Assembly: GCA_964546275.1 (NCBI GenBank)
Contig: CAZJJG010000001.1
Coordinates: 9,319 to 73,318 of the forward strand
DNA length: 64,000 nucleotides
Origin: an uncultured Gammaproteobacteria bacterium
GTDB lineage: Bacteria > Pseudomonadota > Gammaproteobacteria > Magnimaribacterales > D2472
Direction of reading: 5' to 3'
Of this stretch, positions 1-10,379 are shown piece after piece. The first letter of the stretch is position 1; every line of letters begins with the position of its first letter. The notes below the pieces were generated by a model. That model ran no database searches. It was given only the letters and a program-made list of their open reading frames with translations, and was not told the origin of the DNA. A program made the position numbers and the translations under genes.

Positions 1-5
1 TAATC

Positions 6-1274
6 TTGATATCTACATACATTTATAAAAGAAATACTTTAAATGATTCATCTCTAGAATCCTTTGATGAGCTTAATAAAAACCTTTCAAATAAAAAACC
101 AAAAATTGGAATTATGCCATTTGAAAATTTAAACAATGATAGTGATGGCGCTTTCTTAGTCGATGGCATTGTTGAAGATTTAATAACTGAGCTATCAATG
201 GTAAAAGAAATATCAGTAGCTACGCGAAAGACATGCTTTGGCTTTAAAGGAAAAGATTATACAAGCGAAGCATTTAAACAAGAATGGGGTTTTGATTATG
301 TAGTATCTGGAAGCATTAGATCGTCTGATGACAGGCTTAGGATCTCTGTAGAACTTAGTGATATGGAAGATGATGAGGTTGTATGGAGCTCTAAATATGA
401 CAAAGTAAAATCAGATATATTTGATCTTCAAGATGAAATCGTAACTAAAGTAATAACTTGTGTAGTTGGTGAAATAGAGATAACAAGCCTCAAAAGAGCA
501 CATAGAAAACCAACCGAGAATATGACATCTTATGAATACACACTCAAAGGCAGAGCTCTTAATCAAAAGTTTCAAAAAGAAGCAAATGACGAGGCTTTAA
601 TAATGCTTGATGCAGCGATTGAGGCAGACTCCCTTAACCCACTTCCTCATTCATGGAAAGCATGCACATTAGGTCAACGTATGTTTATGGGCTGGGATGA
701 TAATAAAGATGAGTCTATGGGAAATTTTCTAGAAACTCTTAGTAAGGCTAATGAGATGAATGATAATGATTGGAATACCAATAGAATCTTAGCCGAAGCT
801 CATTTAACATTAAATGATTTTGCACAAACTAAAGTTTATGCTGCAAAAGCGTTTAAAGCTAATCCAAGCAATCCTCATGTTCTATCAATTTATGGTGATG
901 CCCTTTTAAGAAATAATGAAGTTGAAAATGCAATAAAGATTTTTGAAAAAATGTATGAGCTTGAGCCTATCGTTGCAAGTGATACAAACTCAGATAGACC
1001 GCTTCAATCTATCTTTTTTGCCTATTATTTAAATAATGATTTTGATAAATGCTTAGAACTTTTCAATCAAATAGAGGAATGTAACGCGAGAACCTGGATT
1101 TCATTGGTTGATATATACAAACAAACTAAAAAAGATCATTCTGTTGAAAGTTGGTTCACATCGGGACTTAATAGATTTAGTGATGTAGATTGGAAAACAG
1201 AAATTAAAGGCTTTCATTTAAATGATAAAGATATGAAAAATAATTATTTAGATATCTCTGCAAGCTTAAGTTAG
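6..1274 (+). CDS. TolB-N-like domain plus TPR-like repeat protein; possibly 5'-partial because the frame is open to the window edge
   Basis: The N-terminal segment 'KIGIMPFENLNNDSDGAFLVDGIVEDLITELS...DYVVSGSIRSSDDRLRISVEL' resembles the TolB-amino-terminal-like module found in front of TPR regions. The C-terminal half is helical and repeat-like. The called TTG start is uncertain. Confidence 0.45.
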   Translation: MISTYIYKRNTLNDSSLESFDELNKNLSNKKPKIGIMPFENLNNDSDGAFLVDGIVEDLITELSMVKEISVATRKTCFGFKGKDYTSEAFKQEWGFDYVVSGSIRSSDDRLRISVELSDMEDDEVVWSSKYDKVKSDIFDLQDEIVTKVITCVVGEIEITSLKRAHRKPTENMTSYEYTLKGRALNQKFQKEANDEALIMLDAAIEADSLNPLPHSWKACTLGQRMFMGWDDNKDESMGNFLETLSKANEMNDNDWNTNRILAEAHLTLNDFAQTKVYAAKAFKANPSNPHVLSIYGDALLRNNEVENAIKIFEKMYELEPIVASDTNSDRPLQSIFFAYYLNNDFDKCLELFNQIEECNARTWISLVDIYKQTKKDHSVESWFTSGLNRFSDVDWKTEIKGFHLNDKDMKNNYLDISASLS

Positions 1275-1361
1275 AGAAGCTTTTTTTATAGTCAATTCTT
1301 AAGCATAAGACTCTCAACCTTTATGATAAAATTCAACAATTATTAACCCATTCTCTTAAGC

Positions 1362-2387
1362 ATGCTTTATCAATCAATCTTAGAAACTATCGGAAAGACA
1401 CCAAGTGTCAAAATTAATCATTTAGCACCAGAAGGTGTTGAGATATATGTTAAACCTGAATTTTTTAATCCAGGAAGCTCTGTAAAAGATAGATTAGCTT
1501 TAAATATAATTAACGATGGTGAGAAATCAGGACAATTAAAACCTGGCCAGACAATTGTAGAAGCCACCAGTGGTAACACGGGTATAGGTTTAGCCATGGT
1601 CTGTGCTTCAAAAGGCTACCCACTTGTAATTACAATGCCAGAAAGCGCTTCAATTGAAAGAAGAAAAATGATGCGATTTCTAGGTGCTAAAGTTGTTTTA
1701 ACTCCTGCTGCAGAAGCAGGTTCAGGCGCCTACAAAAGAGCTAAACAATTATCTGAAATTAACAATTGGTTTTATGCAAGACAGTTTGAAAATTCAGCTA
1801 ATGCAGACATTCATGAAGAGACTACAGGTCAAGAAATTATTGATGATTTTAAAGATATTGGTTTAGATTATTGGGTATCAGGCTATGGAACAGGTGGGAC
1901 TTTTACCGGAGTTTCAAGAGCATTGCGAGCATCAATGCCCAATACAAAATTAATTATGGCTGAGCCAGATGTAGCGCCACTTCTTGCGAATGGCGTTAAA
2001 CAAGAAAGAGATAGTAATGGGAACTTCTCAAGCTCACATCCAGATTGGAATCCTCATCCCATTCAAGGATGGACAACAGACTTTATCCCGTTAGTACTTC
2101 AAGAATCTATAGATAATAACTTTATTGATCAAATTATTCCTGTATCAGGCATAAATGGCATTAAGTGGTCTCAAGAATTAGCAGCAAAAGAAGGAATTTT
2201 GACAGGGATATCTGGAGGGGCAACTTTTTCTGTTGCTATGGAAGTAGCTAAAAATGCATCTCCAGGATCAAAGATTTTATGCATGCTTGCAGACACTGCA
2301 GAGAGATATTTATCTAGCCTCTTATTTGAAGATGTTTCAGCAGAAATGAATGATGAAGAGTTGGATATATTGAATTTAACTAATTAA
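1362..2387 (+). CDS. cysK: Cysteine synthase (O-acetylserine sulfhydrylase), PLP-dependent
   Basis: Contains the PLP-lysine region 'NPGSSVKDRLAL' and the 'TSGNTGIGLAMV' loop typical of the CysK/CysM fold. At 341 aa it is the longer variant. Confidence 0.85.
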   Translation: MLYQSILETIGKTPSVKINHLAPEGVEIYVKPEFFNPGSSVKDRLALNIINDGEKSGQLKPGQTIVEATSGNTGIGLAMVCASKGYPLVITMPESASIERRKMMRFLGAKVVLTPAAEAGSGAYKRAKQLSEINNWFYARQFENSANADIHEETTGQEIIDDFKDIGLDYWVSGYGTGGTFTGVSRALRASMPNTKLIMAEPDVAPLLANGVKQERDSNGNFSSSHPDWNPHPIQGWTTDFIPLVLQESIDNNFIDQIIPVSGINGIKWSQELAAKEGILTGISGGATFSVAMEVAKNASPGSKILCMLADTAERYLSSLLFEDVSAEMNDEELDILNLTN

Positions 2388-3658
2388 AAGTTAAAGTCTA
2401 CTTTTTTACCTTCCTTCATAACAAACCTAATATTTTTTATATTCTCGATATCTAGAATAGGATTACCTTTTACCGCAATAATATCTGCTGTTTTACCTAT
2501 ATCTATAGATCCTAAGTCATCATTAATACCTAACAGCATAGCTGTATTAATTGTTGCTGATTTTATAGCCTTCATCGGACTCATTCCATATTGAACCATA
2601 TAAACAAATTCATCAGAATTAGTTCCATGTGGCTGGACACCAGCATCTGTTCCAAAAGCAATTTTCACACCCCTTTCATGGGCTTTTTTAAATGTTGCTC
2701 CAATTTGAGGGCCAACACTTGCTGCTTTAGGTCTAACTATTTCAGGAAAATAATTATCAATTTTTGATTTAGCTGCAACAAATTCTCCAGCTGAAATTGT
2801 AGGCACGTAATAGGTTCCGTTGCTGATCATTAAATCCATGATCTCTTCTGTCATAAATGTTCCATGTTCAACTGAGTCAACACCCGCTAAAACAGCCCTC
2901 TTCATTCCTTGTGGCCCATGAGCATGAACTGCTACCCACATACCATAATCTTTTGCAGCCTTTACAACAGCATCAACTTCCTCAAGAGTGAATTGTGGAT
3001 TATCTCCAGATTTAGCTACACTCAAGACTCCACCTGTTACTGTTAACTTAATACCATCTGCTCCGTCTTTATATCGCTGTCTAACAGCTGTATATGCATC
3101 ATAAGGACCATTTATAACACCATCTTCAGCAGTAGGATATTCATACGAATCAGAACTCATTCCATTTGTTGGGTCTGCATGCCCTCCAGTTGTTGCAATA
3201 CTTTTACCTGATGTAAACATTCTGGGGCCAACTATTTGATTAGAGTTAATAGCATCCCTTAAAGAAATTGCTACCATTCCACTATCTCCAACTTGTCGTA
3301 CCGTTGTAAAACCGACTTTTAGAGTCTTATAAGCGTGTTGTGTTGCTAATATTGCTTCAGTTTCTCTTTCCACTTTAATGGGACGTTTAGCTTTAGATTG
3401 ATATTCGCCACCAAAATGGACATGCATATCCATCAATCCAGGTAATAATGTAAAACCCCTTAGATCAATAAGCTTGTCCCCTGTATCTACTTTAATAAAA
3501 CCTCTACTAATATCAGTAATTTTATTATTTGTAATTGTTATGGATGTATTTTTTACCTGGACTTCATTTATAACATCTACATAATTAGAAGAATAAATAA
3601 CAGTTGCCGCGTGAAGATTGAAAGTGATTAAAAATGAAAAGTATAAAAGGTATTTCAT
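2384..3658 (-). CDS. Secreted metal-dependent amidohydrolase-family hydrolase
   Basis: N-terminal signal peptide, an 'MDMHVHF' HxH metal motif, and 'AVHAHG...VDSVEHG...FGTDAG' motifs of the amidohydrolase superfamily. The stop overlaps the cysK stop by 4 nt (convergent). Confidence 0.75.
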   Translation of the reverse strand: MKYLLYFSFLITFNLHAATVIYSSNYVDVINEVQVKNTSITITNNKITDISRGFIKVDTGDKLIDLRGFTLLPGLMDMHVHFGGEYQSKAKRPIKVERETEAILATQHAYKTLKVGFTTVRQVGDSGMVAISLRDAINSNQIVGPRMFTSGKSIATTGGHADPTNGMSSDSYEYPTAEDGVINGPYDAYTAVRQRYKDGADGIKLTVTGGVLSVAKSGDNPQFTLEEVDAVVKAAKDYGMWVAVHAHGPQGMKRAVLAGVDSVEHGTFMTEEIMDLMISNGTYYVPTISAGEFVAAKSKIDNYFPEIVRPKAASVGPQIGATFKKAHERGVKIAFGTDAGVQPHGTNSDEFVYMVQYGMSPMKAIKSATINTAMLLGINDDLGSIDIGKTADIIAVKGNPILDIENIKNIRFVMKEGKKVDFNF

Positions 3659-3757
3659 ATATTTAAGAAAAAATTAAGTTACTTATATTCTATATAAATA
3701 TCTACAATTTATGTATTAATTTATCTTTATATAAAAGTTTATATATATAATGCTTAA

Positions 3758-4171
3758 ATGAATAAAGAAATTAGTATTTGGGAAAAGTTTATTTGGGTAT
3801 CTGAGAGAGTAATCTTAATGATTATTGCTGTTGCCACCCTTTATGCTACTGGTGTAGAAATCTTAAGATTAATTGTTGAGCAAGATGTGCATCTTAGCGA
3901 TCTATTTCTTTTATTTATATATGCAGAGGTTCTAGGCATGGTTGGAGCTTTCTATGCAAACAATAGGCTCCCAGTTACTCTGCCTATTATTATTGCTATG
4001 ACAGCATTGACTAGAATGATAATACTTCAAAGCAAAGAGCTGGACTCTTTAAACATAATATTTGAAGCATCGGGTATTTTAATACTTGCTGTTGCAGCAT
4101 ATATCATGACCTTAAAGGATCAAATTAGTCTTGAAAAACTAAAAATAAGAAAAGATATTAGTGAAGATTAA
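3758..4171 (+). CDS. psiE: PsiE-family (phosphate-starvation-inducible) inner-membrane protein
   Basis: Size (137 aa), four hydrophobic helices, and 'YAEVLGMVGAFY...LPVTLPIIIAMTALTRMII', which resembles the PsiE core as recalled from memory. Confidence 0.55.
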   Translation: MNKEISIWEKFIWVSERVILMIIAVATLYATGVEILRLIVEQDVHLSDLFLLFIYAEVLGMVGAFYANNRLPVTLPIIIAMTALTRMIILQSKELDSLNIIFEASGILILAVAAYIMTLKDQISLEKLKIRKDISED

Positions 4172-4193
4172 CTGATAATTTTCCTAAGATCAG

Positions 4194-4649
4194 TTATTTA
4201 GATTCGACGTAAAAAACAACGTCATAACCATTGTTTTCTAAACAAGTTTCCAAATTTTTATATTGGCCTAATGCAGATAATGCGTCAGCTGATGAATAAA
4301 GCGACCAACCAGCTATAGCTATAAGTGATGTGGGAAGTACTAAAATCTGAAACAAAGCTCCGCCTGTTGTTAAAATATCAATAACTGCAAACGCGCCAAC
4401 AAGCCCGGTATATCCACCAAGAGTTTTTATTGCACGTGATATAGCGGTGGTATTAACATCAAATTTCTCTTTGCACCTAGATATATCAGATAGCAGAACG
4501 TCCATGTTAATCTCATCATTCATAACAATATAAGCAGGCGTGTCTTTTATATTAAATATATTTGTTTCACCTGGCGTCGATTTAAGCTCATTTAATGAAC
4601 ATGAGCATATTAATAAAAGAAATATAAATGAGATTATCTTAATTTGCAT
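4194..4649 (-). CDS. Hypothetical lipoprotein/membrane protein
   Basis: Signal peptide ending 'LLLICSCS' and a Gly-rich hydrophobic C-terminal half. No family recognised. Confidence 0.4.
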   Translation of the reverse strand: MQIKIISFIFLLLICSCSLNELKSTPGETNIFNIKDTPAYIVMNDEINMDVLLSDISRCKEKFDVNTTAISRAIKTLGGYTGLVGAFAVIDILTTGGALFQILVLPTSLIAIAGWSLYSSADALSALGQYKNLETCLENNGYDVVFYVESK

Positions 4650-4663
4650 GAAGGGATTGTATA

Positions 4664-4693
4664 GAAAAAAAGGAGCAGTAAATGCTCCTTTTT
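4664..4693 (-). terminator. Rho-independent terminator downstream of the 4714..5415 gene
   Basis: Stem aggagca / tgctcct (4671-4677 / 4683-4689) with a 5-nt loop. On the minus strand it is followed by a T-run (the plus-strand aaaaaaa at 4664-4670). Confidence 0.55.
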
Positions 4694-4713
4694 AAGATAA
4701 TTATTAGAATTAA

Positions 4714-5415
4714 TTATTTAGCAGTATATATAACCTGACATAATTCTACTGTTTCAGAAACTATGCCATCAACATACTCTTGAGCATCTGCCCAAATAGT
4801 TGAGAATGAAGCTCCTGCATAAAATCCGTCAAGAGCTTTTCCTGCCTCAGCTCCATTATTAAAAATTGCTCTAAAATGAAACATTCCTGTTTCATGAACT
4901 CCGCCACCTACAGGAGCATATACTCCTAATCTAACATCATGGCCTGCTGCTTGTAATGCTTTTTCAAGTTCAACCATTTTTGCTGTAAATGCATTTTCAT
5001 CATTAAGCTTAATTCTCCATAGACGCTCAAAAGTATCTTGTGGAAGAATTGGATTATCTTTTAATGGTTTAAAAGCAGATATATATTTAGCCCTTCTTAA
5101 ACGCTTATAGACAGGATCTGGATTGAAAGGATCATAGGTTTCAATCATTGATAATGCTCCCTCAAGATTAGGAAAGGCACTCCAGACAAACATTTCACCA
5201 GGATAATTATTACCTGCTCTAGTAACGCAAACACCTGCATCGCTTGCTCCTAATGCTTCAAATGTTTCAGGATTATTTTTCATATGATCTATATATTTAT
5301 CTACATCTTTTGCTTGGACCCATAGAGCTGTAAAAGCACCCTCTGGAACAGCAAGTAAATTATTTGAAAAGCCAAATGTAAAAATTACAGCTAATGTTAA
5401 TTTAAGTTTGTTCAT
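4714..5415 (-). CDS. Secreted hypothetical protein, apparently two tandem ~90-aa alpha+beta modules
   Basis: Signal peptide 'MNKLKLTLAVIFTFGFSNNLLA'. The two halves share the pattern F..LW...(K)...A.G...G.MF...F.N...A. No family recognised. Confidence 0.4.
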   Translation of the reverse strand: MNKLKLTLAVIFTFGFSNNLLAVPEGAFTALWVQAKDVDKYIDHMKNNPETFEALGASDAGVCVTRAGNNYPGEMFVWSAFPNLEGALSMIETYDPFNPDPVYKRLRRAKYISAFKPLKDNPILPQDTFERLWRIKLNDENAFTAKMVELEKALQAAGHDVRLGVYAPVGGGVHETGMFHFRAIFNNGAEAGKALDGFYAGASFSTIWADAQEYVDGIVSETVELCQVIYTAK

Positions 5416-5575
5416 TTATTACTCCTTTATTTATTAAGTATTAATAATACACCTTATTAATAAATAAGTTATTTTGTTATAACAATTATTTTTAAAAAAT
5501 CTATCATTATTTTAAAAACTAGTTTAAATTTATCTAGTGTTTTAATTAACTAATTAGGAGTTAGTTTATATATCA

Positions 5576-6694
5576 ATGGCTGATACAAGATTCTTTGACG
5601 ATCGTCTAACTTACTTATCATTCGTAACAACTTCAAATGAAAAGAATGTTGTAGCTAATGAAATATCCAGTGTCATTAAATCAATTTCAAAAGAAAAAGC
5701 TGCCTTAAGAATTTTTGATGCAGGTATTGGAGATGGCTCCCTTTTAATGAATGTCATTAAAAATTGTCATAAAGAATTTCCCTACATACCATTTTTTGTA
5801 ATGGCTAAAGAAATAAGTATTGAAGATGTTAGGCTTGCTCTAGAAAAGTTATCAGATAGATTTATTGAACATCCTAATATGGTTTTTACGATAACAAATC
5901 TTTATTTTAGTGAGGCTGCCTCTCTTCAATCTAAAGATCCAAAGAAGCAAAAGAAAATGAAATGGAACTCTTTAGCATTAGAGGGCAATAGCTCATATGA
6001 GTTTAATAATCAGTTAACAAATATAGAACATCTTCTTAAAGATTCATGGACTATTGAAGAAGATCCAGTAACTCATAGAGCTAGTTATAAAAATCCATCT
6101 GTATTAACAATTTATAGAAAAGATCATGAAAATTTAGTGGATAGATATATACCTAATAAGGGTGATGATAAAAAAGTCTTTGATCTTGTTCTAGCTTCGC
6201 AACCTTATAGATCACGAACATCAGAGAAGAAAAAAGTAGATTTTGTTATCAAACCTATGATTGATATTTTAAATAAAAATGGAAAATTGGTAATTGTCCA
6301 TTCTTGTGGGAATGATTCGGTATCAAAAGTAATAAAACAGCTTTGGCCTCAAGAAGTACCCTATCCAACACCAGCAAAAGCAATTATTAAATATCTAAAG
6401 AAAACACTACCAGCAAGAAAATTAGATGACTTGGTTTTTCACAAACCTGTAAAGTTTGGGTATAAGCTTAAACCAATCGCTGATGACAATAATTCTATTG
6501 CTACATCGCTGTTTTCAGCAGCATGGAATAATATTGTTTATGTTGGTCAAATGACCTCAGAACAAATTAATCAAGTACAAGCGGAAGGTAAATACGTAGA
6601 AGTTATTGAAAATTTACTAGAAGAAAATCATAATACCGTTCACTTTAAGAATGAGATGTTTGTAATTGAAAAAAATAGAATTTTTAAACCATAA
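5576..6694 (+). CDS. Hypothetical protein with a class-I SAM-methyltransferase-like motif I
   Basis: 'LRIFDAGIGDGSLLMNV' (DxGxGxG) is followed much later by 'FDLVLASQPY' and 'NGKLVIVHS'. This suggests a Rossmann methyltransferase fold interrupted by a long insert. Weak call. Confidence 0.35.
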   Translation: MADTRFFDDRLTYLSFVTTSNEKNVVANEISSVIKSISKEKAALRIFDAGIGDGSLLMNVIKNCHKEFPYIPFFVMAKEISIEDVRLALEKLSDRFIEHPNMVFTITNLYFSEAASLQSKDPKKQKKMKWNSLALEGNSSYEFNNQLTNIEHLLKDSWTIEEDPVTHRASYKNPSVLTIYRKDHENLVDRYIPNKGDDKKVFDLVLASQPYRSRTSEKKKVDFVIKPMIDILNKNGKLVIVHSCGNDSVSKVIKQLWPQEVPYPTPAKAIIKYLKKTLPARKLDDLVFHKPVKFGYKLKPIADDNNSIATSLFSAAWNNIVYVGQMTSEQINQVQAEGKYVEVIENLLEENHNTVHFKNEMFVIEKNRIFKP

Positions 6695-8798
6695 GTTGCT
6701 TACATTGAAGCATAGTTCCCTTTTAATACCTTTAATTATAATAGCGAGTTGTAATATGACTAATGATAACGAGTTAACGCCACCCTCTCCCAATAAGATC
6801 CCTTATGTTATGGAGGCTCATGGCGACACACGAGTAGATAATTATTACTGGTTAAGAGACGACACAAGATCTAAATCTGAAGTATTAAATTACTTAAAAT
6901 TAGAAAATGAATATGCTGATAGCTGGTTTGATAATCGAACTGATTATAAGTCTCAAATTCTTGATGAGCTAATTAGTAGAGTTGTATCAAGCGAGACATC
7001 TTTCAAAATTAAAAAAGGTGATTATTATTATTTCAATGAGATTACAAGTGATGATCAGTTACCAAAATATTACAGATCTAAAAACGGAGTTAAAGAGTTA
7101 ATTGTTAACCCTAATATTAAATTAGAAACTCAAGATTATTATTCAATTAATTCAATAGTACCTTCTTCAGATAATTCCTTAATTGCTTTTAACGATGATG
7201 ATAATGGAAGACGTGAATTTACTATCAAAATCTTAAATTCAGACTATGAATTGTTAGATGATGAGATGACGAAGACCAGTTATGGAATTTTTTGGTCTAG
7301 TGATAATAAATATCTAATCTATCTTAAAAAAGATCCAGTAACACTTATAGCTAACCAGGTATATGTTCATGAGGTGGGAACATCACAAGATGAGGATATT
7401 CTTATATATAAAGAAGAGGATCCTGAATTTCTTATTAATTTAAGCCAATCAAGAACTGATAAATTTATTTATATAGATATTGAAAAAACTAATGCTAATG
7501 AAATTAGGTTAATTGATACATCTAATCCTACTCTAGAACCAAAAATTGCTATAAAGCGCAGCGATAATCATCTATATACACTTGAGCATGCTGCTGATAA
7601 TAGTTTCTATGTAAGATCAAACTTAGATTCCCCTAATTACAAAATTTATAAGGCAGCTAATATAAATTCAATAGGTGATTCTGTTGACGAGGTATACGCA
7701 CATAATCTTGATGTGTTTATTTCAGATCATCTAATATTTGAAAACTATCTCATATTAGAAGTTAGAGAAAATGGTTTACCAGGTATTCAAAAGATTAATC
7801 TTTTTAATAATGAGCTATCTAAAATCACTTTTAATGAGGACTCTTATTATGTATCGTTAAGTTATAACGATAAAGTTAGTGATCAAGATTTCTATTACAG
7901 CTACTCCAGCCCTACTCAGCCAGTAACAATATATTCTCAAAACTTACAAAGTGGTGACACTAAAAACTTGTGGGAAAAACAAGTTGCTAATTTTGACTCA
8001 GAAAAATATGTTACGAATAGAAAATTTATAGAAGCAAGGGATGGTGAATCTATTCCTGTGACTATTACCCATCTTAAAGATATTGATCTAGAAAATGCTC
8101 CAATACTATTTTATGGCTATGGATCATATGGCCTTAATACCGAATCATATTTTAGAAGCTCTGTTTTACCATTACTGGAAAGAAACTTTGTTCATGTTCT
8201 GGTAAATATTAGAGGCGGCGGCGAAATGGGTAAAAGGTGGTATGAGCAAGGAAGAATGTTTAATAAATTGAATACCTTTTATGATTTTAACGATGCTGTT
8301 AAAAGCCTGCTAAATATGGGCATTGGAAACAAGGATAAAGTCTTTGCACAAGGTGGCAGCGCTGGAGGCCTTCTAATGGGCGCTATAATCAATTTAGAGC
8401 CTGAATTATACAAAGGTGTATTAAGCGGAGTGCCTTTTGTAGATGTTCTTACAACCATGTCCGATGCAAGTATCCCCTTAACGACTTTTGAGTGGGATGA
8501 GTGGGGAAATCCAGCAAACAAGGAAGAATACATGTATATGAAGCAGTATTCACCATATGACAATATTGCTGCTTTAAACTACCCGGCCGTATTAGTAACA
8601 TCTAGTCTTTTTGATTCACAGGTTCAATACTACGAACCAGCGAAGTACACACCAAAGCTTAGAGAATATTCAACGTCTGGAAATCCCATACTTATGAAAA
8701 TGAATCTTATTGGTGGACATGGTGGTAAAAGTGGCAGATTAAATCAGATGGAAGAAACTGCTGAAGAATATGGATTTTTACTTAATCTTTTAGATTAG
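6666..8798 (+). CDS. ptrB: Oligopeptidase B / prolyl-oligopeptidase family S9A serine peptidase, predicted lipoprotein
   Basis: Contains 'DNYYWLRD' at the N-terminus, a beta-propeller-length middle, the catalytic 'GGSAGGLLMG' serine motif and a C-terminal 'GGHGG'. Lipobox 'IIIASC' near the N-terminus. The start is ambiguous (TTG 6666, or TTG 6696 just after the upstream stop). Confidence 0.8.
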   Translation: MKKIEFLNHKLLTLKHSSLLIPLIIIASCNMTNDNELTPPSPNKIPYVMEAHGDTRVDNYYWLRDDTRSKSEVLNYLKLENEYADSWFDNRTDYKSQILDELISRVVSSETSFKIKKGDYYYFNEITSDDQLPKYYRSKNGVKELIVNPNIKLETQDYYSINSIVPSSDNSLIAFNDDDNGRREFTIKILNSDYELLDDEMTKTSYGIFWSSDNKYLIYLKKDPVTLIANQVYVHEVGTSQDEDILIYKEEDPEFLINLSQSRTDKFIYIDIEKTNANEIRLIDTSNPTLEPKIAIKRSDNHLYTLEHAADNSFYVRSNLDSPNYKIYKAANINSIGDSVDEVYAHNLDVFISDHLIFENYLILEVRENGLPGIQKINLFNNELSKITFNEDSYYVSLSYNDKVSDQDFYYSYSSPTQPVTIYSQNLQSGDTKNLWEKQVANFDSEKYVTNRKFIEARDGESIPVTITHLKDIDLENAPILFYGYGSYGLNTESYFRSSVLPLLERNFVHVLVNIRGGGEMGKRWYEQGRMFNKLNTFYDFNDAVKSLLNMGIGNKDKVFAQGGSAGGLLMGAIINLEPELYKGVLSGVPFVDVLTTMSDASIPLTTFEWDEWGNPANKEEYMYMKQYSPYDNIAALNYPAVLVTSSLFDSQVQYYEPAKYTPKLREYSTSGNPILMKMNLIGGHGGKSGRLNQMEETAEEYGFLLNLLD

Positions 8799-8880
8799 TT
8801 GGATGATTAGACTCTGAATTTATTTAAACCTTTAGATAAGCTAATAAGATAAGCTCGGTATCCATATTTATATTTTAAAT

Positions 8881-8908
8881 AAAAAAAAGCGCCCTTAGGC
8901 GCTTTTTT
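8881..8908. terminator. Bidirectional rho-independent terminator between convergent ptrB and the 8924..9331 gene
   Basis: aaaaaaaa-GCGCC-ctta-GGCGC-tttttt: a GC stem at 8889-8893 / 8898-8902 flanked by an A-run and a T-run. Confidence 0.65.
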
Positions 8909-8923
8909 AATAACTAACTAAAA

Positions 8924-9331
8924 TTAAGACTTTTTCATCCAAATTTGAGCTAACTGCATAACTACAACAGATACAATAAATACCCACTGGACAGGCAGAA
9001 CCATTGCGCTACCTACTCTAGATACGATGTTTTGTGCACCTGCAGAAAGTTCAACACCTGTATCAGCAAGAAGACTAAACGCTTCCCCAATACCCTGCAC
9101 TGTAGAACCTACTTGCATAAATGTATTTAAAGTAAACATTGCTACTGATAAACAAAATGCAGTAGTAAGGACTTTAGCAAGCATTGGTGTTGTTGAAGCA
9201 TTATAGATATTATTAGTAAATCTAAATCCTACCCATATTAAAAATGCACAAGCTGCAAACCAAACTGCTTGATTAAGCATTGCAACATTTAAAAGCATCC
9301 ACAGTTCGTAAACATTATCATTCCATTCCAT
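8924..9331 (-). CDS. Hypothetical integral membrane protein (about 4 TM)
   Basis: Hydrophobic helices throughout. No family recognised. Confidence 0.4.
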   Translation of the reverse strand: MEWNDNVYELWMLLNVAMLNQAVWFAACAFLIWVGFRFTNNIYNASTTPMLAKVLTTAFCLSVAMFTLNTFMQVGSTVQGIGEAFSLLADTGVELSAGAQNIVSRVGSAMVLPVQWVFIVSVVVMQLAQIWMKKS

Positions 9332-9429
9332 ATTAATTCTCCAAATAATTTAATTAGTGCATTTTATATATATAACGTGAATGTTTCAAAGTATTAATAT
9401 ACAAAATATGAATATATTAAAGAGTAATA

Positions 9430-10299
9430 TTAATTAGATGATGCTATTGATTTAATGAGGCTTGAGGTGTCTTGATTGCCGCCACCTTTTTCACTTAAAA
9501 GTACGTAATCATCTAGGATAGATTTTACTGTATCTAGTTGTATACCTTGGGTTTCAGCTTCTGCTATAGCTATTTTTAAGTCCTTAATCATAAGATCAAT
9601 ACCAAAACCAAAATCAAACTTTCCTTCTACCATGCTATGGAATCTATTATCTAGTTGCCAAGATTGAGCCGCGCCACCAGATATAGCATTAAATACTTTA
9701 TTTAAATCCAAAGATTCTTGAGCTTGTGCAAAGTGTATTGCTTCAGAAAGTGATTTAATAACCCCTGTAATGCATATTTGATTAACCATTTTGGTTAGCT
9801 GACCTGAACCAGAAGGTCCGATAAATTCAATTGCTTTGGAATAATTATCTAAAATGGTTTTAGTTGTAGCAAAGCAATCCTCTTCACCACCTACCATAAC
9901 TGATAATTGGCCATTAATAGCTCCCGCCTCTCCACCTGAAACAGGCGCATCATAGAAATTAATATTAACATCTTTAAATTTACTGAATAGCTTTAATACT
10001 AAATGTTTGGATGTGGTTGAATGATCAACAATACATCCATTTGGATTCATTTTAGCTAACAAATGTTTGTTCATTAGAATTTCAGATAATGCATCGTCAT
10101 CCTTTAAACAAGTTATAACTAAATCTATGTTCGATGGTAAATTGGAAAGACTGTCTGAGAAGGGTTTATTATAAATAGATGACCATTCTTTAGATTTTTT
10201 TAAAGATCTATTGAATACAGTAATATCTAGATTTGCTGTAGCTAAATGTCCAGCCATAGGAAAACCCATTCTACCCAAGCCAATAAAAACAATTTTCAT
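9430..10299 (-). CDS. NAD(P)-dependent 3-hydroxyisobutyrate / 6-phosphogluconate dehydrogenase-family oxidoreductase
   Basis: N-terminal 'KIVFIGLGRMGFPMAGHL' dinucleotide fold, 'DAPVSGG' and 'KMVNQ' motifs of the HIBADH family. Confidence 0.75.
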   Translation of the reverse strand: MKIVFIGLGRMGFPMAGHLATANLDITVFNRSLKKSKEWSSIYNKPFSDSLSNLPSNIDLVITCLKDDDALSEILMNKHLLAKMNPNGCIVDHSTTSKHLVLKLFSKFKDVNINFYDAPVSGGEAGAINGQLSVMVGGEEDCFATTKTILDNYSKAIEFIGPSGSGQLTKMVNQICITGVIKSLSEAIHFAQAQESLDLNKVFNAISGGAAQSWQLDNRFHSMVEGKFDFGFGIDLMIKDLKIAIAEAETQGIQLDTVKSILDDYVLLSEKGGGNQDTSSLIKSIASSN

Positions 10300-10379
10300 A
10301 TCTAAATTTTATACTTTTTATATATTAATAACTACAAATATTATGTTACTATGTATTAACATGCTAATACAAAATAATT

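Noticed and set aside
5474-5485. Perfect 12-bp palindrome ttgttataacaa in the divergent promoter region between 4714-5415 and 5576-6694
   Set aside because: Short AT-rich palindromes are expected by chance in DNA of this composition. There is no second copy and no adjacent regulator gene, so I do not call it an operator.
10300-10379. Possible his leader peptide or attenuator upstream of the his operon
   Set aside because: No short ORF with consecutive His codons and no alternative hairpin or T-run structure is visible. The region is only 80 nt of AT-rich promoter-like sequence.
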